Shown: positions 27,301-42,300 of the stretch, piece after piece
Position numbering within the stretch: the first letter of the stretch is position 1
How the letters are laid out: every line of letters begins with the position of its first letter
NCBI GenBank assembly: GCA_040954595.2
Contig: CM082594.2
Location: 7,150,840-7,214,839, forward strand
From: Balanoglossus misakiensis
Lineage: Eukaryota; Animalia; Hemichordata
Reading direction: 5' to 3'
DNA: 64,000 nt
Program-made: the position numbers and the translations under genes
Notes under the pieces: generated by a model
What the model was told of the DNA's origin: nothing
The model's input: the letters and a program-made list of their open reading frames with translations, nothing else
Databases searched by the model: none

Positions 27301-30300
27301 CGTTGAATTTTTCCGAGTGTGGTCTTTTGGAATTGTTGGCCTTCATAGTCTTAAAATACCCTTTCAGTGCAGTATAGTTGATTCTACACTGGACAAAAGA
27401 AACCTGTATCATTTTGGAAATGTCTATTCAACATCAGAAGAAAAAAGCCTATAGACATTAATTTTAACCTTCTCTCTGACTTCTACACAATGGGATGCAG
27501 TCTTCCGGAATTCTTAATTGGGTCCACTTTCCAAGATTTATCCATCTGGTGTACTTGTTTGACATTTGTGGATCCCTGGCCACCAATTCCAGTGAATATT
27601 ACCTTCTCAGGGCTGTAATTTACCCGCCAAAGGTTAATCCGTGAGCCCTTGCTCTGCTTTTCACACCCAGATGGAATATACCACATTAAGGGCATGGCCA
27701 GTGATGTTAGTGGGGGGGGGGGGGGGGGGGAGACACGGGTCAAGATCAAATGGATGTTTTAAGAGTGTGTGTGGGCTGGGGAAGCAACAGATGTTTAAAG
27801 ATTTTGAGATGAAATCCTTCAGATTACAAGGCGCATTGAATACTAAGCGAATATTTAGGAGAGGCATATGAAAAGTCATCATCTGAGGTCTTTCCGCGAC
27901 TAGTGTCTTTGAACTCTGTACCAAGCTGGAATCTGTGTGCATTTTTGGCATGGTGGTTTCACACTGGGTGAGGCTTGTGACTCGCGGTGCCCCAGTTCTT
28001 AGCTGAACCCACGACGAAGCAGATTGTTTACCTATTCTGTCTCCAGCATATAAATATGGGGAATTAGGACAGGATCTTGCCTTCATTTTACAGCCATCAA
28101 TTTTTTTTTTCAAGCGGAATAAATGGAGCAGATAGACCACGCTTTCGTGTAATCTATAATCTGTGCAATGCTATGTGACAAAATGGCTCTGGATGATCAT
28201 GCAGTGTTGTCTAAACTGTGCAAACTTTGGTGGTTCAAATCAATCATGGTTAATGCAATATTGCATCAAAATTGCTTCTGGGGATTAACATCAACTTGAT
28301 CAAGCTCTGACGTCAAACACCTGGGTGTATGTGGACACAGACCAATCTAATAACCAGAGATAATTACTTTATCCAAGGTCAGGTCCTGGACAAATTGTAG
28401 GTGTGTGAACAAGATTAGGAACTCAATAACTGCACTAATGACGAAATTATTGGCTGTAGGGAACCTTGCCAGCTACACTCTTCTCTGTTCCCGTGGTTTC
28501 CAAACTGTTGTCACGAAATCCCCGAAATTTATAACTCAGAAAGACAAACCCAGTGGTGATATAGTGTTTGTTGGTCTCTGGCTGCCCTTTCCCCTGGAAA
28601 TTTCAGATGGGACCTCGTTACACTGAAGGAAAATGTTTGTTTTTTGGTGCCATGTTCACTGTCATGTTTATGGAGAGAAATGTTGGCTTTTGACCACACA
28701 GGACATGTACTTCGTGGCGTTCTTGATGTGTGGTTTCAGCCGGAACGAGTACGGCCCGAGTGACCACCTCTTGACCGTGTTGAAATTGACCAATCGAGAT
28801 TCATTGCAGGAACATATATTGTGTCAGGGGACGCATAATTCAATCAGTCAACGAGGCACTCAGACCGACAGGTCCTTCTAATATCCGACACCGTGGCTTT
28901 TGTTGATCGAGGAGGATTTAACGATTTTTGAACCCCGGTCCAGGAACTGGGCCAATTTGCGGTCCAGCAAAGTGTGAACCCTGGATTTTGAAATTATTGT
29001 GTTCAGTTCAAATAAAGTGGGTCATACACTTATGAGCTTGTATACAGTCAGTCTTCAATCTTCATTATGCTACCATTCAACAATTTTCTATCAAAAACTT
29101 CTTGATAGAAAATATGAATTTTCAAAGATTCAGCCAAACCTAGAAGTCTCAAAGCATCACTCTCTGGTCCTCTATACTTGTTGACATTGCACATGTTCTT
29201 AGAAAGCATGAAAATAACATATTTCAACGCCTCGTTCAAAGGAAAACATTGCAGTACTGGGTTACAAAATTTCACCACATGTTCAAAGCTAACCATTGCT
29301 ATGGTTTTGTAACACATTTTATACTCCTGAGAATCTGCATTAAGTTGTTTTCCAGGCCTTGAGTGAAGTTTTTAATGATACAAACACATCAACAAAAAGT
29401 ATCAATTTAGTGTAAACACACAATAATGTGTGTATTTATGCAGTATCGGGACGGTTACACCCTGCTCACCTATCGCTAAAACGTTTCCCACCCACCAGTT
29501 TGAGGCTTGGGTTTAGGATGTGTCCCTTGGGGAAAAGGTCCAGGGGGTAACGCTCCTAGACTCATTTATACAACCCTCAAATGGTAAAAGACATGCAAGG
29601 TTATTCCCAGTAGGGATCGAGGCTGAGCCCCGTTTCATCTGCCCATTATCACGATTAAATTTCATATTCCCACCACACCAACCATCGACAAATGCTGTTA
29701 GGAAAACCCAACACAAACATTTGTTATTTTGGTACTTTTTACCTCTTGCAAATCCATGACGAAATATCGTCAATGACAGAGAGAAAAGCTCAAATCGAAA
29801 ACAGTTGGTCGCTATGGTAGCAGTGACCCTAAGATGACCTTGCGAGGTCACGTTAGTGACCTGATGGTAACCTTACTTATTTCAAAGTGGTGCATTAAGA
29901 GAGATTCGAGCCTGTCTCCCCATCATCTTAAAACAGTTCGACTTTTTAATAATGCACACAGTTTGCCACCCATTTCACCTGAGGCTCTTTAACTGGGAGT
30001 AAATGAGGAAGAATTTGATACTATTAAATGCAGGATTTCACGTAATATTTGACCCCCTCAAGCATTATACATATAAATGGATATATCAGCTGGGTGAAAG
30101 GACGAAAGTGTAAAAACTCCCACTAACAGATGAGCTGCTTAGAGTTTGATGTCTGTACAATGTCACCTTTCTTGGAGTCAGTAAAAAGAGTAGGCTGTCA
30201 TAGTCGTAGATCAACAGAGAGATATTGGCTCTTTGTAAAAAAAATCCCATATATGATTATCATATGGAACTATTTGTAAAACTTGTTTTTTTGTCGCCAA

Positions 30301-33300
30301 AATAGGTAAATATGTCCATCCTGTACCGACAAATTAGCATGACTAAGTATGACACTGGGCATGATAGGTTATTGAAATGGAAAGTTTTTGCTTTGATGCC
30401 AGTTGGTCAATTCTGTCTGTTGCACAATTAATCACATTGTCGGCACGCACCAGTAAAGAAACCTGACTTGTCGTTGAGATAACTTATGTTGTACAGACAG
30501 ATGCGTGGTTTCTTTCAGCTGGTCCACTTTGTTTAAAAGTTGTTAAATTTCTGTCGTCGAGAACGACCCGACTATAGTTCGGTGATTTGTTTAAAAGTTG
30601 TTAAATGTCTGTCAACAAAAACAAAGTTTGTTTATTTCAAAAAATGGGTCTACAACCAGGGTTGGTGATTTTTTTTCTTCTCGTGCGAACAAATGGATAT
30701 TGAAATCTTTGTGTGTAGCTGTCAGTGTGTTCAAATTTAACATCAGAAATTTGATCCAAAGTAAAATGTTACAGTTGAATGAATGTAGTCATCTGTGGCA
30801 TTTCATGAATGGTTAGTTGTGTTAGCAGTAATGTACAGATGAATGTGCCTCATGTAGAGTGAAAAATGGTGTACATCAATTGCAAATTACCAAGTTTGGG
30901 GTTCTTTGCCAAAACCAATAACATTGTAGAGTTCGCTGTCTGATTCTCAGTGATATCACCAGTTAATAGTGTCGCGTAAATTAAAAACAGATCTGGAACT
31001 TTGAACCCTTTTCACCACCGTGGTTCAGTCCAAACCCGTTGTTTTCTATGGTAAGGTTGGACCTCTAAAGAGGGAACTGGGGGTGAAAGGATTAAAATTC
31101 GTGTTAGGATGGGTGGGAGAATTTCTCAGGACAGCTGCGTGTGCATGACTTTTGTCCAAATAGTTGCGTTGACTCTCTTCACACTATGCTGGAATGTATG
31201 TAGCTTTGCTGTGGTCCACGAATTTTCATATGTGCATGATTTTTCATCATTCGTGCATTTCAGTTTAATATACATTTTTGACTTTTGGCCTCAAAATTTG
31301 GGTGGTCTCCACTTGGCATCTGACCCAAGCCCTGAAATTCAATTTGCAACGCTAAGTAGAACAAGGTTAGAAATCCCAAAACATGAACACACCTTAGACT
31401 GACTTTGAATTTAATTGCTGTATCAGTTTCCATCTGACATTGACCATGGTGTAGAATTTCCCCGATAACCCAGCCACACTCACTGGTTGCGCTAGCTGTT
31501 GCATGAGATAACCCAAAGCAAATAGACAGATCATAGTCAGAGTGGACTGTTTTGTTTGTTTTGGTTACAGTGAAAAGCCCTCATTTGGTATTTAGAGTGT
31601 TTGTTTTTGTAGAGCTAGAAGCCCTGATTGATGGGGTAATTCACACAGTGCTAATTTGACCTGATGGGTGTCGTCTGTACCGTAGTGTTATTATCTGTCC
31701 TGTGAGTGTTTCAATATTACATTTTTGCCATCCTTTGACAATCCCATCGCGGGCTGTTTCAGGATATCTAAGACTCCATCAGTATGCCAACTTGTGTGGG
31801 ATTGTTTCAAGATCATTTTTTGGTTATCGTGTTTGACTCTTGGTTTGTTTCCTGATCACGTTCTGGGATCGGTTTGAGATCACATGGACCATATTCGTAC
31901 TACTTCATTCTCCTTGTTTGCATCATGTGATGGAAATCCCAGCAGTCATTGCAAGAAACAAAATTTTGCTCTATATTTACAAGGGTCTGCATGAGCGACT
32001 TCTTTCAAAAGTATCATTAGTCCCACATAACTACTGATTCATGGACTTTTCTGCCAAAATGTTGGCTGTATTTCTCCATAAAGGAATGTGAAAGTTGTCA
32101 TTCCAAGATATTTATAATAGGAAATCTTTTATAGAAATTATCAGTTGGAATGCAAAGCATCCCTTTCAAGTTTCCCCCAAATCCCTTAACTCAATCTTCC
32201 CTGACATGTAAACTGCAGCCCAGTGTCTCCTCGGACTTCAGACATGTTACAGAACCGTCACAATAAAGAGTATCTTCAAGCTGTCTCTTCTAGGGAAAGT
32301 ACATCGTGATGTGATATGCGAGGTATTCTCTGTAACCTAAAACTTGCACGTGCCCTTAGGGGTACATCAGTCAACTCATCATTGTAATTGAACGTTATTG
32401 TTCCAGGGGTCTCGTTGCATTCAAAGGTAAATTGAAAACATCCTTCTTGTACTTCCTAAATAAAAAGTTCATCGACTTCTCACCCACTCTGGTATCTCAT
32501 TTTGGGGACAAGGTTGGTGTCTGTTCAAATTCATCACCTTTAGCTGCGTAAGCTCGATGAAATTAAGCCACTGTGTGTGTGCATGTGTGCGTATACAATT
32601 GCATGCATGCATGCGTGCGTGCGTGCACACAAATGCATCTACGTGTGCATCCACTGTGTTTGGTACATACGGTACAATCATGTACATTGTACACTATAAA
32701 ACTTTTACTGACATTTTCAATACATTCATGTAGGACTACAAAGATTTTGTGGTTGCATCAAATCACAGACTGAGAGAATTCCTCTCAGTCCGCATATAGT
32801 GCATTCACCTTCAGTGGTACTGCCCTGTTCACAAAAGTCTGGTGGGAGAACTATGATGGGAGTGGCCTTTCTTTCCACCAATCAACAACTTTCCCACTGG
32901 GCGTCATTAGCAACCACAATAGCGCTGCATTGGCAACTCTGTTTATATACAGACGTGTTAATAACATAATTGCTGACACCTGGGGGTATATAAATCAGTA
33001 CCTTTGAATCTTGCCTTGACAGTGCCTTGTGGCCCAGGAAATATTGAATCTCCTGCTGGGAGGAAAACTTTCGCATGTACTTAATATAATTAGCCCTTGA
33101 AAGATATCCACCCTGTATGGGGCTTTATGTGTCCTCATCTGTAATTGCTGTGTTTTTGGTACAAGCATAGACACTATAGTATAAGGTTATGATAACAGTA
33201 TAGTCCAACAGGGGGACATATAATAAAGCTGTTTTGTTTTTAGCCGAGGGGGTTGATGGATGGACAGATAGCTTTCAACAAGTTCTCATATTGTCCCCAC

Positions 33301-36300
33301 ATTTACTCCACGGTTTGTTGAGCACGCCCCTGACCTAACCAGGGAAAGGGGCAGAGTTTGCTCCGGGATTGAGGTCTTCCAGGGTATGAGTCCGGGAAAA
33401 AGTTTGGAAAAAATTACCTTGTCTGGGATTTAATCTGCTGGGGGGAAATTGAAATCTGCAAAACAGTCTGACAGTACAGTCCTGTTTTGACTTTTAGTAA
33501 CTTTGATTTGAATATACTTACCTGTATATTTGATCAAATTTACAACTTTTTTTACTGATAATTGATCTATACCTTGTATGAGGAAAAAATATTGCCAGTT
33601 TGACAGGGTTAGTGGTAACTCTGACCTATTTCACACATAATCTTGCAATCAGAGGCTGATAAGCATTTGATTATCAGTGAATCCCCTTCCCTGCCAAAAT
33701 GATAACCCTTGGTGTCATGATATCACTACCAAGAATGATATGTCTGCTTCCATAGACAAAGGAATCACCATGATAATCTCATGCCTTCATCAAAATCAGT
33801 CTGTTAACCCTTTCACCACTGTGGTTTGGTCCAAATCCATTGTTTTCTGTGGTAAACCTGGACCTCGATAGATGGAACTGGGGGTGAAAGGGGTAAGTCA
33901 TCCTATATATATTTTAATTTTTATATGTCAAATTCTTGCTCTGAACATCCTGAAGCAACCAACGCACAGCCATAATTGGCAGAAATCTAGCACATTGTTG
34001 GCTAATTTGATTTATCATCAAAAACAATGCTGGCATATAACACGTACATTTTGTATGTAGGCTATGTTTACAAGTTGATGCCTTGGCACCTCAATATGGT
34101 CCCTCCTATTTCATTTCTGCATTGTTTAGACAAAACTGTTGATTGGAGAATATGGTAGCTAATAAAAGACCTCAGAACAACACCTATTGGGGTTCATGTA
34201 TGTTGTAAACCCATTGACATGACCGGCAAGTATTGCTAGTAATAGGTAATTAATCAATCATTATCTTGTCAGATTAATCTGCTTTTCTATAGCTTTCCGG
34301 TCTAATTAGTCTTAATTACATCTAATTTCATGACCTTACGAATTTACTCCTGATAGCTAGGATAAAAAAAAAACATGGCATGATTTAACCACAACTCGGT
34401 AATGACGGGCAAAAAAAGGAGGTTGGCGATTGTTCAAAATCGAACCATCACGCGGACACTTTAAAAATAGGAGTGCAATATCAGTGTAGTAGACAGGTGG
34501 AGATAGATGATAAGATTGAAACAGTGCTCATATTGTTTTGCTGTTGACACAGTGTGGCTGGCCTATAGTATAATAGGTAATTAAAGGTGATGAAACCCAG
34601 TGATAATAGCCACTGGTTCAACAGACGTCCGCAGTCCTGTCCTACTTCCCCCTTTGGAGGTGTGCAGTGACTGAACTTTTTGACTTTTTTCTTATATAAG
34701 ATGATGGTCCAATTTCTAATGAACCTTTATGGATGTCAGATCCAATTTCCAATAGTGTCCACTTTGTATCATATTTGACCAGAAAGAAGCTAGCATAGAA
34801 AAGTTTTGGAGTTTGGACATTGCAACTCTGGAAACCTATTGTGTAATGTAGTGCAGGTCCCGGTGAAGTACGTTAAGAGTTGCTTTGTTCCGTTCAAGTC
34901 TGTGGCAGAAAGAGGTTTATTGTTTTTTTTATGCACGATTTGAGTCAGTTTGCTTCTTCTACCAAATTTTAATTAACTGCTGGTAGTAGTAGACTTTGCC
35001 CATTGGCACACATTTGCTGAGTATACATGTATATTCCAGCAGATACTGTAAATATACCACATGAGTTTGGTTTCATTTGAGCGTGGTTATGTTTGTCCAG
35101 TCTTAATGAGTTCTTCAACTCGAAATCCCAATGAAATATTGCCGTATACTCTGAGAAATACAACCCCCTACTGTGACATCGACAAGTATTGAGCTAATAA
35201 ATACCACAATTGTCAAACCGTATCTTTGATCTCTAGTGGCCCTAAATATGAAGTATTGTGGTTCTTATCATCAGAGGAAATTACTAGACATTAGCGCTGG
35301 GGGATTTTATTGATTTTTTAAAGCCAAGATTTGTATGTAGGTGAAGCACAAAAGAACCAAGTCACTGAATCAAAAAGTCAGCCATTGCATGTCAAGTGGT
35401 TGTTGCCTTGTAATCAAAGCTCCAATAACTTTTTTGGTTTTAGGTTCTGCAAATAAACTGCAAGTGTGTAGCATACTAACACATCCCAAAAATTCATTTT
35501 CTTTTCAATTGTAATATATAAAAAATTCTGCTGTATGCAAATCAAAATGAGACATATTTCTCATTAGATTGCTAATAAAGATTAATGGTTTCAATAGAGT
35601 CTAATTTCAATGAGAACGGATACCGACAAAGTGGAAATCCAAGTAGGCATGTTAACAAAACAACAGATGTTTCATAACTAGCACTATGAGTCAATCTCTT
35701 ATTAAAATTTATAAATAAAATCAACAAAATTGAAATTACCGGTACCTTTTGTAGGTCATTTGAAACTGGTCATTGCCCTATGCAAATGGCCGATACTGTT
35801 TTATTCAATTATGTCTTTGTCAGTGTATGGATGTTTTTTCATAAGAACAATGAAATCATAGCAGTTATGATCTAGAGCAGTCCTGTACCTTAGCAGTCCT
35901 GTACTTAGCTGTAAAGGAACGACTGATTTCAGACAGTAAAATTGGGTCTGTTCTATAGACATCCAGAGAAATTTGATAAAGTTCAGTAGACATTCTATAG
36001 GGTATGCCATAGATGTCTACAGAATGCCTTTTTGTAAGGGTATACATGCTATGACCCAGCCAACAATTGTGGCTGACTGTTCAGCTATTGGCCTCGATTC
36101 CCTGCATTTGAAATGCTTTATCAGGAGTTTTTTGGTGGGGCCTAAGTCTTTAGGAGCAAATAATCCCTGGTAGCATGATCCGATCTGATACTCATTATCA
36201 CTTAGTGTGTTGCCATGGCAATGATGACATCAAATGTGTGTATCTGGAAAACAGCAGACAGTATCTTCGCACAAATTGTGTGTGGAGTGATGGTTATGCC

Positions 36301-39300
36301 AAGTTGGATCAATTTAATTGGAGTTTTATCTGATTAGGCGATAAAATGAGGGGTGGGCTGTTGTATGCAGCAGTTCATCATCGGCTGGTCTCTGAAATCG
36401 GTGTGTTTTATGGAGGTTTGGCAGTGATGTGTTTCTGCAGGGACTGGTAAACATCACGATATTGATGATCATGCACAGACAAAAGTGTTCAGAAAAAAAA
36501 GAGCTTGAAGTAGCCCAGATTTGATAGAGAGACAAAGTTGATTGGCTGGTTGCAAAATGGTAGTTCGACTCGGCCAATCGGAATCACCCATTTCAATAGG
36601 TGAAGGTTTGTTTGTTCGGCTCTGCTGCAGAGGATCAGCGCTTTCAAGTTGCGTTGGAGGCTGCCGTCAAAATCATACAGAACCACTCATGTTGGATCTG
36701 TCACTAGGACTGTAAAATGGCATGGTCTGCGCCTGTGTATTCTACATTTTGTCAATTGTCACCTCAGGTGACCTTTGCTAATGCCATAAAAGTTGAAATA
36801 AAGTTCAGGCTACAACTAATATCCATCGACTGGCAATGTTCGTCAGTTGATCTCTAGACCGTACATGTCATGCATTGCTTGAGTGTTCATGTAGGCATAA
36901 GAACAAAACTACAAAATGTATTAAAGATAAATATTAAGAATAGAATAGTTTGAGACTAAATAGATAGAGAAGACTTAACTCAGAAAGAAATGTATGATAT
37001 CTGCCATCAATGTCAGTTGTTGTTTTAACTCAGCAAAGATTTAAATGTCAGCAGCTTCTCAAAACACAACTGTAAATAAATTTGTGGAGTGATAAGCAAG
37101 GATTTAAAACCAATTAGCAAGTTACCCACAGATAGATACCAGACTCCACTTTATCTACCGGCCCAGTTTCAAAGCAACTAATAATTGCACGCTCACGGAT
37201 GTTAACAACAGGAACAATTACAGAACAATTAGTTGTCGGAGATATCGCACTTTCTTCCTGTAGGCAGACTGCTGTCACCACTGCTTATCAAGAAGAATTT
37301 GGACGTTTCAGCGGAATAGTGTTCTGCACGAATGTTTTAATGTCCTCTGTTCTGCTGTATTTTGTCCGGGCGCGACATGCCACAGTTTCCAATCAGAATG
37401 ACCTTGTCGCATTTTCCCCTGGTACAATTCCACCGCTGGATTATCCAAGTGGTTTTGACTGCCCAGGGTGACGTGTGTGTTTGAAACATGTCAGAGTGAT
37501 ATATTATAGTCAACATTAATGGGTTGGCACTTCAGCATGTTGACTTTGGCCCTATCCATATTAAGTGCAGCTTGTATTCCTAACTTCATTATTTTTCATA
37601 GTGTGATAGTCTGCATTCAACATCACTATAAAATGATAGAACATTCAGAAGTTTGTAGTATAATTAACCACACATTAGCTGTTGTTATCCTTTAAATTAC
37701 AGCTGAAAGAAATTTCAAATTTTGAAGTCTGAAAGTTAAAGAGAGAGACTTCCTTGCCAGCAAGCAGATTCATTTTGTTCAGACATCTATACACATGCAT
37801 TCACCCCTAATCTGTTTAGTGCAAGAGTAGAGCAGCAGATGGCTTTTTTTATTAAAGACCCATCTTGAGCAGTATAGCGAGCACCTATACATATACTGAC
37901 TATAAATTTTTATCACTGTTTGATTTCAGACAGGTTTGCTTCGCACCACAGAAGACGAATACCTCATAGAACCACTGCCAGAGCATTTACACGACCAGCA
38001 CGATGTGGACATCAGCCAGGGGCAGCAGCCGCACATGATCTACAAGAGATCCGCCAATCTGCAACGGATTCCAAAGAGGAAAGCCAATCTAGCTGAAAAG
38101 GAGCGCCCGGGCCCAGCCTACAAATATGGAGGCAGCACGTACAAACAGCATTACTGCGGCAGAAGGAAAAAATGTGAGTGGACCAGAAAGTATATTTTGT
38201 AATTTACCTCCCAGATGCAGCCCCAGCTTATAATAACCAGGGTGTCCACAACCGGAATGCTGGTATCCTGTGATGGAGCAATGACTGTCAAGCAGCACAG
38301 CGGTGAAATATTTCGGTCAATTTCACGTCGACACTCAAACCAAACATCTTCCATCCATGCAGCCATTTTGCACAGTGAATTAATTCTAGTCTAATATTTA
38401 TACCAATTATTCGAGAGCCATGATTCTCAAGACAGTAGAATTTTTTAAACGCTAATACTCCCTGAAAATCCCTGGAAAACTTCTGCAAAAGCCTGGAATG
38501 TGAAATGTAAACCCCAAATCATTGTAATTTAGTGAACCATATTACTTTGTCACTTGACCTGAACACACATCAACGCAGTTACTGTAGATACATAGACCAG
38601 ATCTGTTTGGATTAGAGTAGAAATTTGACTAAAAATAAAAAATGAATGAATTATTTCGAAATTCACACAAAATGTCCACACATCAAGATAAACGCACAGG
38701 CAAATATAATTGGCCAGGGTGACCTTCAATAAAGCTAATCAGCAGGGCCCACACTAAGAATGTTATGTTCACCCTGACATGACCTTAAGAGTTGATGGGG
38801 GCACCCCATTTGACTTTGTCTGGAAAGGCGTATCACACGCTGAGAGAGTGATATAAAACTTCCCCTTCTCTCCCTAATCAGTCTGTGAAATCTGTCCCAA
38901 TGCAATTAACGCTAACACTTATTTAATTCAGTCGGCCTTTCATTAATCTCAGAGGTTTTAAAAACTTCCGTTTCTCATCATTATTGGTGCGGTACAGTCT
39001 CTGGGTTAAACTGGCAGTTCATGCCTGCAGGAGAATTTTAGGAGCAATTTCCCAAACAGATGGCCAGTCAGAGACATTGCGTGCATGCCCTGTAGAAAAT
39101 CTCAGCTCCACAGATACAGTGGCGCAGCGGCATATGTTGACAGGTACTGAAAAACTCAAGACACTCGCAGCGATCATGGAAAACGTCAGCTCATTCCATA
39201 ATTTCTGGTCATGCAGAACATATAACAAGTACCAGACACAATATAGACCTTAAAACAAATATAGATTTCTCACCACAAACTTAAACATAAAGAAACATCA

Positions 39301-42300
39301 TAAGTTTACACGAGGGTCTGGGATGTAACAGCATTAATTCAATTTTGAAACATTATGATGAATTATCCACTTATGACTCAACTCTAGGTAATCTTAGATA
39401 AGAGTGTCCCTGTAAGGCCGAACATCTAATTTAATAGATTTTTATCAAGTCAAGAACCTCTTGTATTGCGCAAGTGGCAGTCAGATTGACCCACTTTTTT
39501 CTGGTTTTACAATCAACAAAGGGTGATGTGGACGACCTTTGACTTATTACCAATGCTTCAACCTGCAACATGAAGGAAAGTTCTAGAAAAAAAAAAGATA
39601 GTTTGGTTTTGGGGGATTTTGTTTATCAAGATCTCGAGACATATACACATCTCATTCACATATAGAACTTTTAATTTACAGTGCAGCTCTCTAAATCAAT
39701 ACAGTCACAAATAATCTTCATACATTGAATGAAACGCAAATAGAACTGATTTCATTACGCAATATATTCCTAATCTCAACCATATAACTCAGGGGCGGTG
39801 AGTAAAACTCTACTTCGCTTCACTGTGGGTCCAATCTCCCTTTGAAAAAAGAAACTTCCAGGACATTAAACTCTGTAAATGATCTCATTGTTGCCTTTAA
39901 ACCACCAGTAAATTGCCAACACAGTCGAAGGTGATGACCTACAAATAGTGAAATCGAAATCATAGCTGCTTCACAGGAAATCTCATTGTAAAGCAAGAAT
40001 GGTGAACAAACACTAACATGGCATCAGTGTTCATGGTATATTGTTAGTGATGTGTAAGTGTGAGTGGGTGCAAAGCCCTGCTTAGTGCGACCACAATGGA
40101 AACTTCATTTCCTGTATCGGAAGATCTCAATGTGAGATGGATTTTAGAAGTTGGCTCGAGCTTGGTTAAGTGGTTTTGCTATCTTTTAAGACGAAATTAT
40201 GGAAGATGTGTGGGAGTCATTATCAAAGGGAGCTTTCACTTTCATTGTGAGGTTTAAACACTCCACTGTATAGTTTTCAGAAAAGTAAACCATAAACTAT
40301 GCCAATTATTCTATGCCAATGGTGGTGGTGGTTATGAGAAACAAACTCAGGACTGAAAACCATATTCAATCATTTACTCATGCTCAGTCCTGTATACATG
40401 TGTAAGGGGTGCTTGGGAAAAACAAAGTTAATCTTCGAGAAGTGTGATAGAGGGCAGGCTTTAAATAGATTTAACCTTGGATGAATTTAGGTTACCTTAT
40501 ACAAAATGTGATATTAAACTTAAACACAAAATGCCAGTGACAACTCCATCTTATAAGGTTGATGTTATTGTCCACCAGAGGAAATACATATTATTTAAAT
40601 TAACTGCATTACATTATTACTTGTGAGGACAGTTTGTGTTATTTCTTTCATCAAAGCTGTCTATCATAAGAAGTGTGACACATGATTGCTATTTTCCTTC
40701 TGTAAATTAATAGGATCAACATTGGGCTAATTTTTGACAAAAATGAACTAAAACTTCACATGGTATCATTTTCTCATTCACAGTTCAACCACACGTTCTG
40801 GAGAATGGCGATGATGATGATCTTCTGCTCGCTGATGAGTATGAATTTGTGAACATTTCCACGCGTCAACGCAGAGACCTTGGCAATGAGCTCTCCCCCA
40901 GGGCTGTGGAGACACTGGTTGTGGTCGATCAGGCCATGCTGGACAAACATGGACATGAAAACGTCACAACATATGTTTTAACCATCCTCAACATGGTGAG
41001 TTTAAATTTAGAGATATCTGGCAGAACTTAACTTTAGAATGCATATTAAATATATAATTTTGTTATCCAGTGTACGCTGACAGATGCTGGCTCCTAAAAC
41101 GAGTAGTTTTTGATCCCCTGTTGCAATATATCTGTACTCTCTTTAAATTTAACTAGAGCCAGTACTTGCCCAGGTAAAACTGCCTTGTCAAGGAACTCAT
41201 TTTGCTGGTAATTTTCTCATATTTCCTTTTCTCTTACTTTTTTGTGTTTATTTGCCCATAGGTATCATCGCTGTTCAAAGACGGAAGCATTGGAGACAAC
41301 ATAAATATAGTTTTGGTCAGTTTGTTACTCTTAGAGGATGAAGAGGTGAGATGTTTTTCATAATCCCCCGCAAAGTTCACCCTTTCACCCCTCTTTCCTG
41401 CATATGGATCCCTCCATTTGAAAAAATGGGAACAGACCTTCAAACTCCTTTGAGCGTTATTTTGTCAAACTTCCACACAATACCGGTATATTAACGAGCT
41501 TGTTTTCTGTTTTTCATTTCAGCCTGGATTGGTCATCAACAACCACGCCGACCATTCGCTGAATAGTTTCTGTCAGTGGCAATCAAGCCTTCTGACTACA
41601 AATGGTTCCAGACATGACCATGCCATATTGTTGACAGGACTCGACATCTGCTCCTGGAAAAATGAACCTTGTGACACTCTAGGTGAGCTAGATAGGCATA
41701 TGGCACAATTATAAATGTTTTTATGTTGAAATTCAAAGATGCCCCATGTGCAAGTCTTGGTCTGCCATCCCAAATGCACTTACAACTAGAACTCATCATG
41801 TAATAGCAAGATGGTGAGATAATTCTTGAAAGCACTTGATTGAAGTTCTAATTGTAGATTCAGAACATCTTGTTCAATGGTGGTGTGTTATTATCTAAGT
41901 TGCCCACATGGACGCTACCGAGAGAGGAACTTTTTATTGTATCCTCAAACTAAATGTTTTTACCTTTGATATCTAGGTTATGCTCCCATCAAAGGAATGT
42001 GCAGCAAATACCGGAGTTGCACAATCAATGAAGACACTGGACTTGGTCTGGCGTTCACAATAGCACATGAATCAGGACACAAGTAAGTACAGAGAAGAAA
42101 TTGTAAATTTAGAGACTGGTTTTTCATTGCAAACAATCTACCTCTGTACATGCATGTACTGAAATATCCCTGTGGGAGAGATTTGCAGAAAGTAGTGTAT
42201 GACCATAGATTAACTTCCAAGGGGTCACAAATTCTGCTCGAGCCATTAAAAATAATTTGAGTATACAATTAAATTTTCATGAGGACTGGTAAGTACTCTA

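Noticed and set aside
27661-28140. 159 aa minus-strand ORF with poly-Pro
   Set aside because: The poly-Pro comes from a poly-G tract, and there is no domain similarity or exon signal.
30528-30613. CRISPR array (28 bp repeat, 30 bp spacer)
   Set aside because: Only two repeats, no cas genes, and it lies inside a spliceosomal intron of an animal gene.
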